A DNA stretch of 64,000 nt from an uncultured Fibrobacterota bacterium (GCA_963753345.1 CAVWBU010000021.1:32001-96000), one strand, 5' to 3'. Shown: positions 20,708 to 31,491, counted from the stretch's first letter. A program made the numbers and translations. The notes: generated by a model from the letters alone, not told the origin.

Positions 20708-21358
20708 ATGCATACCAAACAACCACGCTATGATTTCTTGTATGAGTCAGCGATCCAGCAAGGCTGGTCCGGATGGGGTTGGGATGACCGGCTGGCGAAA
20801 GGCCCTGAACAAGTCGCACGCCTACTTGCTCAGCCGGATGTTCCTCCCAAAGGGAAAGTCCTTGAACTGGGCTGCGGTGAAGGACAACTTTGCAGGCTCC
20901 TTGCTCAACATGGGTATGATGTCACCGGCGTAGATATTTCGTCCGTGGCGATTTGCTGGGCGAAGGAAAAGAACGTTTTTCATCATACTGCTATTCGGTA
21001 TTTCCATGGGGATCTCAGTCGTGCCGACTTTCCGGTGCTGGAACAGTTTGATTTGATCGTTGATGGAAATTGTTTCCATTGCATTTTTGGTGATAGTCGT
21101 CCTGCCTTTCTGAAAAATGTGTATGCGAACCTATCAGATAGCGGGATCTTTTTTGTCAGTAGCTTATGCAGCCAAGATGCAGATAATCATATAATTCTAC
21201 GAGATGGCGAACCATATCGGCATGTTCCAACTTCCGACACTCTGAGAGATGAAGTCCAGCATGCGGGATTTGACGTATTAAATCTGCATATTTACAAGCA
21301 CAGCGAAAGGGATTATAACCATATAAATCTCTTTTGTAAAAAGCGGAACAAAGAGTAA
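20708..21358 (+). CDS. Class I SAM-dependent methyltransferase
   Basis: VLELGCGEG, VTGVDIS, FDLIVDGNCFHCI. Confidence 0.88.
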   Translation: MHTKQPRYDFLYESAIQQGWSGWGWDDRLAKGPEQVARLLAQPDVPPKGKVLELGCGEGQLCRLLAQHGYDVTGVDISSVAICWAKEKNVFHHTAIRYFHGDLSRADFPVLEQFDLIVDGNCFHCIFGDSRPAFLKNVYANLSDSGIFFVSSLCSQDADNHIILRDGEPYRHVPTSDTLRDEVQHAGFDVLNLHIYKHSERDYNHINLFCKKRNKE

Positions 21359-21425
21359 TGAAGCGGCCGGGCGAGCGCGACCCTCTGTTTTTGGCTGCGG
21401 TGCAAAAGCCAAGCAAATAACATAT

Positions 21426-22046
21426 CTATTTTTGAAAAACGATCCACGTTCCTGTTTCCCCGCCATCCACGCTCCCTTTTATCCCGAGCTCGTTTAGAAC
21501 CGCCTGGTAATATTCCGGGGAGAATTTCTGCACGCGTTCTTTTCTTCGCTTTTTCCATTCTTCGTTATCGGCGTTGAATTCTTCTACTTCACGCAACAAT
21601 TCGGCGGAACCGAAACCACCACCGATGTAGGCCCAGCCTTTGGGTTTTAAGACCCGCATCACCTCGGAAAGCCCCTTTTTATGGTCTTCCCAGAAGAAGA
21701 TCGATCCGCGGGATGCTACGAGGTCGATGGAGTTGTCGGCAAAAGGCAATTCCTCGGCCCTGCCCTGGCGGGCGCTCATTCTTTTCGCAAGTGATCGAGC
21801 CGCGATATTCTCCCTGGCCACATCAATGCACTCCTGCAGAAGGTCGCATACGGTAACCTGCAAATCCGACTGTTCGGTCAGCGCGATTCCGAGCATGCCG
21901 GGGCCGCCGCCCAAATCGATGCATATGCCTTGTGTAACGCCTGTGCGCTCGATAATCTGCTTCGCTACTAAAGGATAGACCTTTGTCATGGGACCGCGCA
22001 AAGCAGAATCATTATACCTGCGCGCATCCATGTGAAAACTATTCAC
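21426..22046 (-). CDS. Class I SAM-dependent methyltransferase
   Basis: IDLGGGPG, AEELPFADNSIDLVASRGSIFFW, RVLKPKG; GTGA overlap with the SBP gene. Confidence 0.9.
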   Translation of the reverse strand: MNSFHMDARRYNDSALRGPMTKVYPLVAKQIIERTGVTQGICIDLGGGPGMLGIALTEQSDLQVTVCDLLQECIDVARENIAARSLAKRMSARQGRAEELPFADNSIDLVASRGSIFFWEDHKKGLSEVMRVLKPKGWAYIGGGFGSAELLREVEEFNADNEEWKKRRKERVQKFSPEYYQAVLNELGIKGSVDGGETGTWIVFQK

Positions 22047-23089
22047 AGCGGCGGAAGATGTTGGAGGATTCTATCCGCGTCCTGATCCGTGATATTCTTC
22101 CTATATAATTCGGCATAAAATGTTTTCATTTCCTTTATCATGTCCCATTCCTTGAATACCTGAGGATGAAATAATTTCGCCAAATATATCATGAGCAGCA
22201 CGCCTTCGCTGCTCGCATGGTCCCAGGCATACACTCCCATCGGAAGGCGATACACTTTGCCGTCCTTGACGGCCTTCAAGGACGCCCATTGTGGATTTTT
22301 CTTCAGGAAATCCATGGAATCACATAATCCGCTCATAAGAATGATATCCGGATTCCATGATACTATTTGAGCAATGGTGGCTTTCGCATGATTGTCGGTA
22401 AGCGCCTGAGGCAGATACTTGCCGCCGGCAACTTCGGCATTCCAATGCATGACGCTCCCCATTCCTTGGCTGCCGAGCGGATCGTTATGCAAGCCTCCGT
22501 AATACACCGCCGGTCTGTCTTTTTTGTCAAATTTAGATGTAACGGCAAGAATTTGCTTGACCTTTTTTTCGAAATATTTATTGTATTTATCCGCCCGTGC
22601 TTTCGCGTCCGGACCCAGTAGATCACCGAATAAGGTAACCTGCCTTTCAAAATTGTTCATGTAGTCATCAAGGTTCATGGGCCTTTTTTCCGCCGAGAAG
22701 GCGCAAACGGTCTTTACGCCAACGGAATCATACTGCTCATGCTTGGTCATCCCCGGTGTATAGAGCACAAAATCGACCTTCATGTCGGCTACCTGCTTCG
22801 GTTTCATGTCCTTATTCGAGCGGGCGTTTCTAATTTCCGGGAAAAGCTTAAAAGCCCATGGGGACTGCTCCGGCATGAGACAAATGCTGCTTCCCTTGCC
22901 GAGTGTCATGATTTTTTCCGCGGAAACGCAATGCATGCAGGCGATCCGTTGAGGATTGGCCGGAACTTCGACTTTGTTGTCGCACATGTCGGTTATTGTT
23001 TTATATTCTCCTGCGTAAAGTGAAGGACTATGCACACCTATCACGCAGAATACGGCAGATAGAATAACAAGAATATTTCTCTTGTCCAT
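22043..23089 (-). CDS. Class III (FecB/BtuF-type) ABC substrate-binding protein with CxxC
   Basis: ITDMCDNKVEVPANPQRIACMHC, IVSWNPDIIL, WASLKAVKDGKVY; SD AAGGAGG. Confidence 0.85.
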   Translation of the reverse strand: MDKRNILVILSAVFCVIGVHSPSLYAGEYKTITDMCDNKVEVPANPQRIACMHCVSAEKIMTLGKGSSICLMPEQSPWAFKLFPEIRNARSNKDMKPKQVADMKVDFVLYTPGMTKHEQYDSVGVKTVCAFSAEKRPMNLDDYMNNFERQVTLFGDLLGPDAKARADKYNKYFEKKVKQILAVTSKFDKKDRPAVYYGGLHNDPLGSQGMGSVMHWNAEVAGGKYLPQALTDNHAKATIAQIVSWNPDIILMSGLCDSMDFLKKNPQWASLKAVKDGKVYRLPMGVYAWDHASSEGVLLMIYLAKLFHPQVFKEWDMIKEMKTFYAELYRKNITDQDADRILQHLPPL

Positions 23090-23130
23090 CGTAAGACCCT
23101 CCTTGTATTGTTTTATTTTTTGCAAATCTG

Positions 23131-23162
23131 AAAAGAAGCCCCCCGCTTCAAACGCAGGGGCT
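23131..23162 (-). terminator. Putative intrinsic terminator after the TonB-dependent receptor
   Basis: GC-rich stem AGCCCC...GGGGCT followed by TCTTTT on the minus strand. Confidence 0.5.
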
Positions 23163-23217
23163 GTATTCAGACCTGCAAAATCCATAAATCATTTACAAAG
23201 GTATTTGAGTATCAATT

Positions 23218-25404
23218 TCAATCAATATTGAAATTCGTATGGAGGTTGACAAAGAACGTGCGTCCTTCCTCCGGATATCCTGCTTCTAGACAGTAGTTCT
23301 TGTCAAAGGCATTCCTTAGCCCCCCCTCAAGTGATGCGTTTGCACCCAGAGGAACATTTAATGATGCATTCCAGAGAATGAACTCGGGCACTGTGGATCC
23401 CTGGCTTGTCGTATAGCGCCATGTATCGTATTCTACGCTTACGAGGGCATAGCATCCGGTGATCGGCGTATACTTGACATATCCGAGACCTTTTCCCCGA
23501 GGTATATCGGTAAATTTGATCGCTGGGTGAGAGAGGTTGTGTTTGTTGAGATAGCTGCCGTTTGCGCCAATCTCTAACGCTTTCGCCCACTCGAGATCGT
23601 GAAGAACCGTAGCATCAAGACTCAGCTCAAATCCCGGCATTTCAGCTTCACCGGTATTCTGCATCTGTGACCGTGCATTTGCATCAAGTACACCCGCTTT
23701 AATCACGCTGTCAACCGACTGTATCGCATCATATAAATGCGTGTAGAAAAGGCTGACATGGCCGGCTAATGACCATGTTCCCATATTCAATCCTGCATCA
23801 TAGGCCGCCTCACAATTAACGGCATCTTCAGGCTGAAGAGTGGGATTGGGAATCGCGGTGCCCAACTTGTAGGAATATCGGTCTTTGAGCGTCGGGAACC
23901 TTGTCTTACGCGCTATCGATATGCTCGCATTTTGTGAACTACCGATATCAACTGCCGCCTTGCCCTCCGCATTAAACGCTTGGGCGTTGTTGCTGGGGAA
24001 AGGAACTATCGAGTCAAAAACATTCTGAAATATTTTGCCGTTGTAGTGAGAATAGAAATTGTCCGCTTCAACGCTTGACCGGTAGTCGTAAGAAATGCCT
24101 CCTGTCAAGTTAAGAATCTTCAGAATAGTGCCTCCGTCCTCCAAACCAATGGAAAACGTGTTGTCCTTGAAATGCCTCAAAGGCTCCGCCTGATACGGTT
24201 CGCTGTTGGCTACCTTGGCGGTGTCATAGACATTATGTTCTTGATGATAGTCTCGTTTGCCATGAAGAGCGAGACTCATCTCGTTTCCCGGGATAATAGT
24301 AGTACCGAGTTCAACGGCGCCGCCCGCCGTCCAGTCATCATAAGAGCTCATAAAAGAAGACCTTTTCTTGAATGTCGAATAGGTCGAATCGTCACAAGCG
24401 AAAAGGCTGTTGCTCAGTTCGTTATAATAGACCGGAACCTTGAGAGAAAAATCATTTGAAAGCATGGTTTTTGAAGACAGATAGACACTCTGTTTGTCCC
24501 AATAGGGCCAATACCAGTAGCGCACCATACCCGTGGGATCATCGGTCGGCGGGACACCCTTTTCTCCATGTTGATTATCATAGGAGAGTACATATTCATC
24601 ACCTGGCGCGGGATCCCACCCGATTTTTGCACTCGCTTTTGCATCACGGCGATATGAATTTGTGCGTAACCCGCTGCTCTGAAGCGCAGTTGGAGTAAAT
24701 GCTTTCGACAATTCATAATTGCCTTTGTCAAGATCAGAAATCGAGCCCATCAGAAAGAAATTACCCAATCGAGACCCTACGCCTATGTTAATGAGACTGC
24801 CGTTAAAATGGGGCATAAGCGTTGAGTCGCGCTTCGTATCGACATACCCCACAGTGCCCAAATCAGCTTGCAGCTCGAACTTGTGCACCGGTTTCCGGGT
24901 AACCAGATTGATCGCGCCGCCGATAGCATTTGGGCCGTAGAGCACCGAAGAATATCCTTTTTCAACCTTTATTTCCGAATAATCGAATGTCGTGAACCGG
25001 CCCAGATCGACATACCCGTCGTACGGCACATAAATCGGAACGCCGTCTATGTAGAGCGGAACCGACCGCAGATCAAATCCTCGGACATACACCTGCGACT
25101 CGTTTCTTGGACCGATATCGGAGACGTTTACTCCGGGAAGAAGCGAAAGTGCGCGGGCAACATCCGTGCGGTCAAATTCCTTCATTTGTGCACTGGTGAC
25201 AACATCCTTATTCTGTTGTTTTTTTTCGCTGCCTGTGACGACAACGGTTCCAAGCGAAAAGACCGATGATGTATCCGGCTTGAGTGCGCTGTCCTGCGGA
25301 CTTGTACTGGTGCCGTCAGCAGCGCTCGATAGAAATGCATTTACTATAAGGAATAGAGAAAACGGGACTAAAGAGTGATTGATTTTTTGGTGTACACGCA
25401 ACAT
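23218..25404 (-). CDS. TonB-dependent receptor
   Basis: TonB box-like TVVVTG; plug motifs VYVRGFD, LYIDGVP, IKVEKG..SVLYGPNAIGGAINLVT; C-terminal NAFDKNY..GYPEEGRTF. Confidence 0.93.
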   Translation of the reverse strand: MLRVHQKINHSLVPFSLFLIVNAFLSSAADGTSTSPQDSALKPDTSSVFSLGTVVVTGSEKKQQNKDVVTSAQMKEFDRTDVARALSLLPGVNVSDIGPRNESQVYVRGFDLRSVPLYIDGVPIYVPYDGYVDLGRFTTFDYSEIKVEKGYSSVLYGPNAIGGAINLVTRKPVHKFELQADLGTVGYVDTKRDSTLMPHFNGSLINIGVGSRLGNFFLMGSISDLDKGNYELSKAFTPTALQSSGLRTNSYRRDAKASAKIGWDPAPGDEYVLSYDNQHGEKGVPPTDDPTGMVRYWYWPYWDKQSVYLSSKTMLSNDFSLKVPVYYNELSNSLFACDDSTYSTFKKRSSFMSSYDDWTAGGAVELGTTIIPGNEMSLALHGKRDYHQEHNVYDTAKVANSEPYQAEPLRHFKDNTFSIGLEDGGTILKILNLTGGISYDYRSSVEADNFYSHYNGKIFQNVFDSIVPFPSNNAQAFNAEGKAAVDIGSSQNASISIARKTRFPTLKDRYSYKLGTAIPNPTLQPEDAVNCEAAYDAGLNMGTWSLAGHVSLFYTHLYDAIQSVDSVIKAGVLDANARSQMQNTGEAEMPGFELSLDATVLHDLEWAKALEIGANGSYLNKHNLSHPAIKFTDIPRGKGLGYVKYTPITGCYALVSVEYDTWRYTTSQGSTVPEFILWNASLNVPLGANASLEGGLRNAFDKNYCLEAGYPEEGRTFFVNLHTNFNID

Positions 25405-25462
25405 AGGAATCCTTTCAGAAAAGAGTGGTTGAAAATCCCCAGGGTAGTTGCCTGACAAATAG

Positions 25463-25486
25463 CGTAATATGTTTTTTTATATTACG
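25463..25486. promoter_or_regulatory. ModE box
   Basis: CGTAATATG-N6-TATATTACG, ~60 bp upstream of the TonB receptor. Confidence 0.8.
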
Positions 25487-25606
25487 GTGGGTGACATATC
25501 CCTCCTTTGGATAGGTGTGACGAGGATAATTATTCAGAAACTTACAGGTTCACTTTCCGCAGTACGTGTCGTGAGTCCACGTATGGTTTGCGGCATCGCG
25601 CAACCT

Positions 25607-26389
25607 TTAAGACGTCTGCCGAGAATCGGCGCTTCCCGGACCCGCCCCGAGCATTTCAATACTGATTTTCTGCAACGCGCCTTGCGGAGCATGCATGATG
25701 CTGCCTCCACCCATCCCGAAATAGCGAAGGGTTTTTTGCACATCAATAATTCGTGAAGTGCCCAGCCGGTGCAGACCCAATTTGAACAAGACGGGTGTGA
25801 GCGGCACCGTTGGCCCCATGATGACACGGGTTGTTGCGTTAGGGGTCCTGCGAATTACCTCCCCGAACGTTCCGTTCACGAGCGTGAGCCCGGTCATGAA
25901 CACCAGTTTCGCACGGGAAAGCACGGCATGCGAATCGTCCCAATGAATGTCCCCCGGTCTGGGCAGAAGTTCCACAATGGATACCGGCCGCCCTTCATCG
26001 CGCCATATCTCGGCATCATGAAAATGGCCGATAAAACAGGAAGGGTGACTCTTGGTCTGCTCCGAAAACGGGTCTGTTGCCGAGCTTACGCTGAATTCGG
26101 TAACCAATGGGATCACGCATTTCAGGCAGGCCATGCCCACCGCAATCCGAAGAGCATCCGTCGAAGCAAGATGTTCTTCCGCGATTTCCGCTGCCTTCCG
26201 TCCTATCAGATCACCCAGCCAGGTGTCACGGGGGTTTTCGGTGAGTCCGGGAGTGGCTGAGAAGCAGGTTGACATTTCATAGCGCCCGGCTTTGATCACC
26301 ACCCAGTGATGGAATAGATGGATGTCTTCTATCAGAGCCGCATGATCCGTTATGGCGGGAATGAGCGTTTCACGTACAAGCGTTTCCAT
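25607..26389 (-). CDS. DUF364 (Rossmann-like) family protein
   Basis: IGHFH, IVELLPRPGD, FMTGLTLVNGT, IMGPTVPL. Confidence 0.8.
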   Translation of the reverse strand: METLVRETLIPAITDHAALIEDIHLFHHWVVIKAGRYEMSTCFSATPGLTENPRDTWLGDLIGRKAAEIAEEHLASTDALRIAVGMACLKCVIPLVTEFSVSSATDPFSEQTKSHPSCFIGHFHDAEIWRDEGRPVSIVELLPRPGDIHWDDSHAVLSRAKLVFMTGLTLVNGTFGEVIRRTPNATTRVIMGPTVPLTPVLFKLGLHRLGTSRIIDVQKTLRYFGMGGGSIMHAPQGALQKISIEMLGAGPGSADSRQTS

Positions 26390-26431
26390 GGAATTTCTTT
26401 TCCTACATGTCAAACAATGATGCAACTCTAT

Positions 26432-27247
26432 TCATCGGACATCGGCCGGATGCAGCTTCACCATGCGCGCGCCCTGTTTGAAAATGGACCTGTCCCCTCC
26501 CTGAGCCACATGTTGCCAGATTTTATCGGCATCGATAACCGTGGTGCCGGCCAGGGACGCGATTCCTTTGCCGAACCACATAGGGGTCAGCGGAACGCTC
26601 GGACCGACCAGGACCATGCGGGTATTGTGGCCCAGTTCCATGAGCCGTGGCAATGTCTTGTTGGTGAGCGTGACACCGGTCATGAACAGAAAATCCTGAT
26701 CTTCCAGGATGTATTCACAAGCAGGATCCGGGAAATCGCCATCTTGGGGATTCCGTTCCAGGATCGAAAGCCGGCACACGGCCGCTAATTCGTCAAGGTC
26801 CGGAAAGTGGCCCACCACCGTTGCCTTCTTGCCGGTAAGCTCGGGTTTCATGACGACAAAGACACTCTCGTTGACCTGCGACTCCAGTTGCGCCTTCCAT
26901 ATCTTTGTCATTGTAGAAGGCGCATTGACATAGGCGTTGATCGCAGCAACACCAAGGGCCGCCTCGTATGGGTGCCATGACTTGACAAAAGCCGCCAGAT
27001 CACGCAGCCTGCGGCCCTTGAACGCTCCGGCGCCCGAAATGGAGTGGGAACCATGCGGTGGCGTCATGGCGACGCCAACCCCTGCCGAACGCACAAGCGT
27101 CCAGTGAATGCCGACAAGCACGTCGTCGACCATCAGGTCGCCGGGGATCAGCGAAATCAGTTGGTCGTACAACTCCCACTTCGACGAAGCAATCCCTTCG
27201 CCTGACGGGGTGGTGCCAGACGAATGGCGGTCACCAGGGTTTTTCAT
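26432..27247 (-). CDS. DUF364/DUF4213 family protein
   Basis: EAALGVAAINAY, VVGHFP, ILERNP..GDFPD..CEYIL, TGVTLTNKTLPRL, LVGPS. Confidence 0.85.
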   Translation of the reverse strand: MKNPGDRHSSGTTPSGEGIASSKWELYDQLISLIPGDLMVDDVLVGIHWTLVRSAGVGVAMTPPHGSHSISGAGAFKGRRLRDLAAFVKSWHPYEAALGVAAINAYVNAPSTMTKIWKAQLESQVNESVFVVMKPELTGKKATVVGHFPDLDELAAVCRLSILERNPQDGDFPDPACEYILEDQDFLFMTGVTLTNKTLPRLMELGHNTRMVLVGPSVPLTPMWFGKGIASLAGTTVIDADKIWQHVAQGGDRSIFKQGARMVKLHPADVR

Positions 27248-28092
27248 TTCTTCTCCGATTTATCAGGTGTGATGGTTCCCTCCTCGTGCCACGGAAACCT
27301 GAAATGTTCTGGCGTACCTTTGTTGATGAGGAGAATTATCTGAGCCAATATTGCCAAGGCGATCTGCTCTGGAAGATTGTTGGCGATCTTCAAACCTACC
27401 GGCGAGTAAAGCCTGTTGTCAACGCGGACGTTGCGGGAACGGATATTGTTGACGATGACGCCGATTTTCTTCTGGCTGCCGATCATACCGATATAGGGGA
27501 CATCCTTGTTCCGAAGGAGTTGTTCCAGGCAGACTTCGTCGTGAACGTGGCCGTGAGTGAGAATAACACAATAGCTGGCTTGACTGAGCCGGATGGATTC
27601 CGAAAGTGTTTCGTATGGTTTGCACACGCGCTCAATGGCCGTGGGAAAACGTTCGGGAGAAGCGAATTCCGGTCGATTGTCAAAAACGCGGTATGGCATA
27701 TACAGGACTTCGCAAAGCTTGCCAAGCCTTTCGCCGATATGGCCGCCCCCGAATATGACCACCTCGTTCGGCGGGAGTATCGGCTCAATGAATACCGTGA
27801 CCTTTCCTCCGCATATCGACTGAATCGTCTTCTCCGGTGTAACCTGCCATTTGTCGCCCGCCAGGGAAAAATCCAGCGTCTTGCATTTGTCTTCCTTGAT
27901 GGCTGCGAGTGCCTCCTCGCGGCTGATATGTTCCACCGGACCGCCGCCCACCGAACCGGCAATCTCGTTCGCCACGCTTACCACCATCTTGGAGCCCACA
28001 CCCCGCGGCGCGGAACCTTCGGCTTTTATAATAGTTACAATCGCGCAGGCGATTCCCTTGTTCTTCCATTCATTCAAACTCTTGAGCCACAT
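27244..28092 (-). CDS. xdhC: XdhC/CoxI family Moco chaperone
   Basis: GSAPRGVGSKM, GSVGGG, ICGG.V.VFIE, IFGGGHI, THGH..D, YIGMIGS..K. Confidence 0.88.
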   Translation of the reverse strand: MWLKSLNEWKNKGIACAIVTIIKAEGSAPRGVGSKMVVSVANEIAGSVGGGPVEHISREEALAAIKEDKCKTLDFSLAGDKWQVTPEKTIQSICGGKVTVFIEPILPPNEVVIFGGGHIGERLGKLCEVLYMPYRVFDNRPEFASPERFPTAIERVCKPYETLSESIRLSQASYCVILTHGHVHDEVCLEQLLRNKDVPYIGMIGSQKKIGVIVNNIRSRNVRVDNRLYSPVGLKIANNLPEQIALAILAQIILLINKGTPEHFRFPWHEEGTITPDKSEKK

Positions 28093-28147
28093 GGTCGCTC
28101 CTTTCAAATCTGTGAGGATAGGACCGGCGTACGAGATACAGAGGCCC

Positions 28148-28813
28148 TTATTCCAGCCGATACTCCATCGGAAACTTCACCATGACCCGCACAGGTGGAC
28201 GTGGAAACGGGGCCGCCCGCCTGATCGTGGACACGGCATCCTTGTCGAGTATCGAAGCCCCCGATCCCTTGAGTATGTCAATATTCTCAACTCCGCCGTC
28301 TTCGCGCACACAGAACGAGAGATAGACCGTGCCGGAGATTTTCATTTCGAGCGCTATGGGCGGATAAACTGCTTTACGGTAGATGATGTCACGGATGTAT
28401 TCGAACTGCTCCTTAAAGTACCGTTGCCGCTCCTTCTCCCGGACTTGACCCGTGTCCTGTGGCATTCCTATGGGGCCGATCGAGGCAACCTGGACCGGCT
28501 GATCGTCCACTCCGCTTGACTCGGCATCCGCAAACTGCGCCGTTTCGGCAATGGTATCTTGGGCAGTCGTGTCGGGAAATGCCTCTTCTTCCTTTACCGG
28601 CGGAGGGGCGGGCCTTCTGGTGTGCCGGAGAGCCGGTTCCGGCAGGGAGACCGTCGATGCCGCCGTCGGTATCACCGGCGATTTCTCGATGCTGAAATCG
28701 ATCGTGAGCGTGCGCGCCGCCGGAACAGAAAACGCCGCAAGGCCGGTCACGGCGGTGATGAAAACCCCGTGGATCGCCAGGGACACAAGCGTTGCACGTT
28801 TCTCATACGTCAT
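28148..28813 (-). CDS. tonB: Energy transducer TonB
   Basis: N-terminal SxxxH TM helix, Pro-rich linker, YPPIA...GTVYLSF...LDKDAV..IRRAAPFP. Confidence 0.88.
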   Translation of the reverse strand: MTYEKRATLVSLAIHGVFITAVTGLAAFSVPAARTLTIDFSIEKSPVIPTAASTVSLPEPALRHTRRPAPPPVKEEEAFPDTTAQDTIAETAQFADAESSGVDDQPVQVASIGPIGMPQDTGQVREKERQRYFKEQFEYIRDIIYRKAVYPPIALEMKISGTVYLSFCVREDGGVENIDILKGSGASILDKDAVSTIRRAAPFPRPPVRVMVKFPMEYRLE

Positions 28814-29190
28814 CGCTTGGACTCCGTTTGCAGACTGACCCGGGTGAATCCATCGGTCTTAATAACATCGAGCACGTTCACGAACGTCTGAAGGGCAATG
28901 TTCCTGTCCGCGCGGATAAGGATCGGTGTGGACCGATCTATGTTCCTGAGCGCCTCAAACAGCGCCCGCTGACACACGGGAACGGCATTGTAGTAGATCG
29001 TGCCCGTGCGGTCGATTTCGACCGTCTGTATCCGCAGCAGGTCCTCCCGGTTCCTGGATGCCTGCGGCAACTGCAACGGGATGGATCCTGCCGCAACCAG
29101 CGTTGATGTGGTAAGTACGATGGTCAACAGCACCAGCATCACGTCAACGAACGGTATCACGTTTATATAGTCGAATTCTTTCTCATCCAT
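28810..29190 (-). CDS. exbD: Biopolymer transporter ExbD
   Basis: [26 protein letters not shown]. Confidence 0.92.
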   Translation of the reverse strand: MDEKEFDYINVIPFVDVMLVLLTIVLTTSTLVAAGSIPLQLPQASRNREDLLRIQTVEIDRTGTIYYNAVPVCQRALFEALRNIDRSTPILIRADRNIALQTFVNVLDVIKTDGFTRVSLQTESKR

Positions 29191-29614
29191 GATGAATGTC
29201 CCATTCAAGGAGCAGTCTCTTGACTTTTCGCAATAGGAAATTATACAGTACCACGGACGGAATTGCGACAAGCAGGCCGACCGCGGTCGCCTTGAGCGCC
29301 AGGGCAAGGCCCACCATGATTCTGCCCGTATCCATGAATCCCTGGTTGCCCAGAGTGTAGAATGTCAACATGATGCCCAGCACCGTGCCCAGCAGGCCCA
29401 CATACGGCGCGCTGCTGCCGATGGTGGCGATTATGTGAACCCGGGACGTCAGCATGAGTTCCAATTCCTTCCTGTTGGTGAAGTCGCCGGGCCGGATGCG
29501 GCGGTACGTGAGCCACCGTTCGATCGCCACGCTCACCGAGACCACGCTGAGCAATACCAGAAGTCCGACGATTCCGTAGTCGATCGCGAATTTCAGCCAT
29601 TCCATAGTTTTCAT
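29183..29614 (-). CDS. exbB: TonB-system energizer ExbB (short type)
   Basis: [33 protein letters not shown]. Confidence 0.92.
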   Translation of the reverse strand: MKTMEWLKFAIDYGIVGLLVLLSVVSVSVAIERWLTYRRIRPGDFTNRKELELMLTSRVHIIATIGSSAPYVGLLGTVLGIMLTFYTLGNQGFMDTGRIMVGLALALKATAVGLLVAIPSVVLYNFLLRKVKRLLLEWDIHHG

Positions 29615-29635
29615 TCCTTCGCCCGCATAGGGCGT

Positions 29636-30718
29636 TCAATGCGCAAGCGCCCGGTCCAGCAGTTCCGCGCATTCCGTGTCGCTGAGCTTTTTGAAATAGA
29701 ACAGCTCGTAGAACCGCTTGGTTTCGGCGCGCATGTCAAGTTTCATCCGGTCCGGATAGAGCAGGTTGGTCAGCCACCGCAGACCGATGATGCGATTGAC
29801 GGACGGCGGCCTGTCGAACCAGCCGAAGGGCAGCGACGGTATCTCGTACACCTTCTTGTTCTTTACGGCATCAAGAATCTGCCACGCGGGGTCGGACATG
29901 ATTTTGGCGAAGTTTTCCGTGCCGTGAGCGAACCCATGATCAACCTGCACGATGATCGTCTCCGGTTTCCATAGCAGCAACTGCTCGAAGGAGACGGCGG
30001 CGCGGCCGTACCCGCGCACCATGGGTACATCGGCCACATTATCTCCGCCCACCATGTCAAGCACCTCGGCATGCATTGACCCCTTCGGGTCCGTTTCCAA
30101 CCCGTTGAGTCCTTCGGCGTAGTAAACCCGTATACGCTTCTGCGCCGGTACCGATGCGGCAACGGCGACGACCGTATCGAGGGTCTGCCGGCAATATCGG
30201 GCAAGGGTATCGGCGCGACGTTGTTCACCGATGAGGGCGCCAACAAAGCGGTACGATGTGTCAAGCGATGTCAGCCGGCCATCGACCATGATCACCGGCG
30301 TTCCAAGTTGCTTCTCCATGCGCTCCGCCGCGGAAATGTCGGTTTTGTCAAGATACCCCATCGACAGAACGATGTCGGGTTTCGCCTTGATGATCACTTC
30401 GGGGTTACCGGTGGTGCTTTTGCCGAACCACCCTCCGAGCAGCGGTTTTTTATTGTACTCCTCAACAAGGAATCGTCGTTCGTCCGCGTCCGGGTTCCAG
30501 GTTGTGCCGGTAATTTTCGCCGGCGCCAGCGTGTACATCATCACCTCGCCCATCGGCGACGTCGAGTAGACGGACCGGATGGTAGCGGGGACAGTGACAT
30601 GGCGGCCTGCCATGTCCACGATGGTTCGTCCTGAAGGAGACGCGGCCCAGCAGATGCCCGCCGAAAGCGCCGTGAAGACCAGCAGCGGAGTCATCATTCG
30701 CAAATTCCTGTTCGTCAC
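29636..30718 (-). CDS. Class III ABC substrate-binding protein
   Basis: IVDMAGRHVTVP, VSFEQLLLWKPE, AVKNKKVYEIP..PFGWFDRPP; SD GGAGG before GTG. Confidence 0.88.
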   Translation of the reverse strand: MTNRNLRMMTPLLVFTALSAGICWAASPSGRTIVDMAGRHVTVPATIRSVYSTSPMGEVMMYTLAPAKITGTTWNPDADERRFLVEEYNKKPLLGGWFGKSTTGNPEVIIKAKPDIVLSMGYLDKTDISAAERMEKQLGTPVIMVDGRLTSLDTSYRFVGALIGEQRRADTLARYCRQTLDTVVAVAASVPAQKRIRVYYAEGLNGLETDPKGSMHAEVLDMVGGDNVADVPMVRGYGRAAVSFEQLLLWKPETIIVQVDHGFAHGTENFAKIMSDPAWQILDAVKNKKVYEIPSLPFGWFDRPPSVNRIIGLRWLTNLLYPDRMKLDMRAETKRFYELFYFKKLSDTECAELLDRALAH

Positions 30719-31491
30719 ATCGCACCTCCTAGGGCCGGAACGCACAAAAAGCGGCCTTGTGCCACCGAAACAATGTCAACGTCAATCCCGTACATTCTTT
30801 TGAGCAGCGCGCAGGTCAGCACCTCCTTGGGCGGGCCGTCGGCCGCTACGCGGCCGTCCAACAGCGCGATCACCCGCGTGGCGCATGCGAATGCGTGGTC
30901 GGGGATGTGGGTTGTGATCATTACTCCCATGTTGCCGGTTGCGAGTTGCCGGATAAGGTTCAACGCCCGGATCTGATTGCCGAAATCAAGATGCAACGTG
31001 GGTTCGTCCATGATGAGAAATTGCGGCGACTGCGCCAGCGCGCGTGCAATCAGCACCAGTTGGCGTTCGCCCCCGCTTATCTGCGCGTAGTTGCGTTCGG
31101 CCAGATGGCCGATATGCAACAGGTCCATTACGCGCGCCGCTTCGAGCCTGTCGTGGTGCGAGGGAATGGAGAAGGCGCCGATAAAGGGCGTCCTTCCCAT
31201 GAGAACAACATCAATGGCGCTGAAGGGAAAAGGCGGGATGTGGATCTGGGGGACATAGGCCAGAGTCCGTGCTCGTTCCCTCGTCGTAAATGTTCGCGCC
31301 GGCCGCTCATCGAAGTGGATATCGCCGGACGAGGGAATGAGCCCGAGAATCGCCTTGAAAAGCGTGGTTTTGCCCGAGCCGTTGGGTCCCAGCAGGCAGA
31401 CGACCTCGCCCGAACACAACGATGCGTTGATTTCCGAAACAACCGTGCGCGAACCGTATCCCGCCGATATGTTGTGCATCGCCAATTTCAT
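30715..31491 (-). CDS. Type II ABC importer ATP-binding protein (FepC/MolC-like)
   Basis: GPNGSGKTT, ISGGERQL, IMDEPT.HLDFGNQ; ATGA overlap with the permease. Confidence 0.9.
   Translation of the reverse strand: MKLAMHNISAGYGSRTVVSEINASLCSGEVVCLLGPNGSGKTTLFKAILGLIPSSGDIHFDERPARTFTTRERARTLAYVPQIHIPPFPFSAIDVVLMGRTPFIGAFSIPSHHDRLEAARVMDLLHIGHLAERNYAQISGGERQLVLIARALAQSPQFLIMDEPTLHLDFGNQIRALNLIRQLATGNMGVMITTHIPDHAFACATRVIALLDGRVAADGPPKEVLTCALLKRMYGIDVDIVSVAQGRFLCVPALGGAM

Noticed and set aside
25405-25606. Moco or cobalamin riboswitch before the TonB receptor
   Set aside because: I could not recognise the conserved motifs by eye, and the ModE box explains the leader. An Rfam scan would be decisive.
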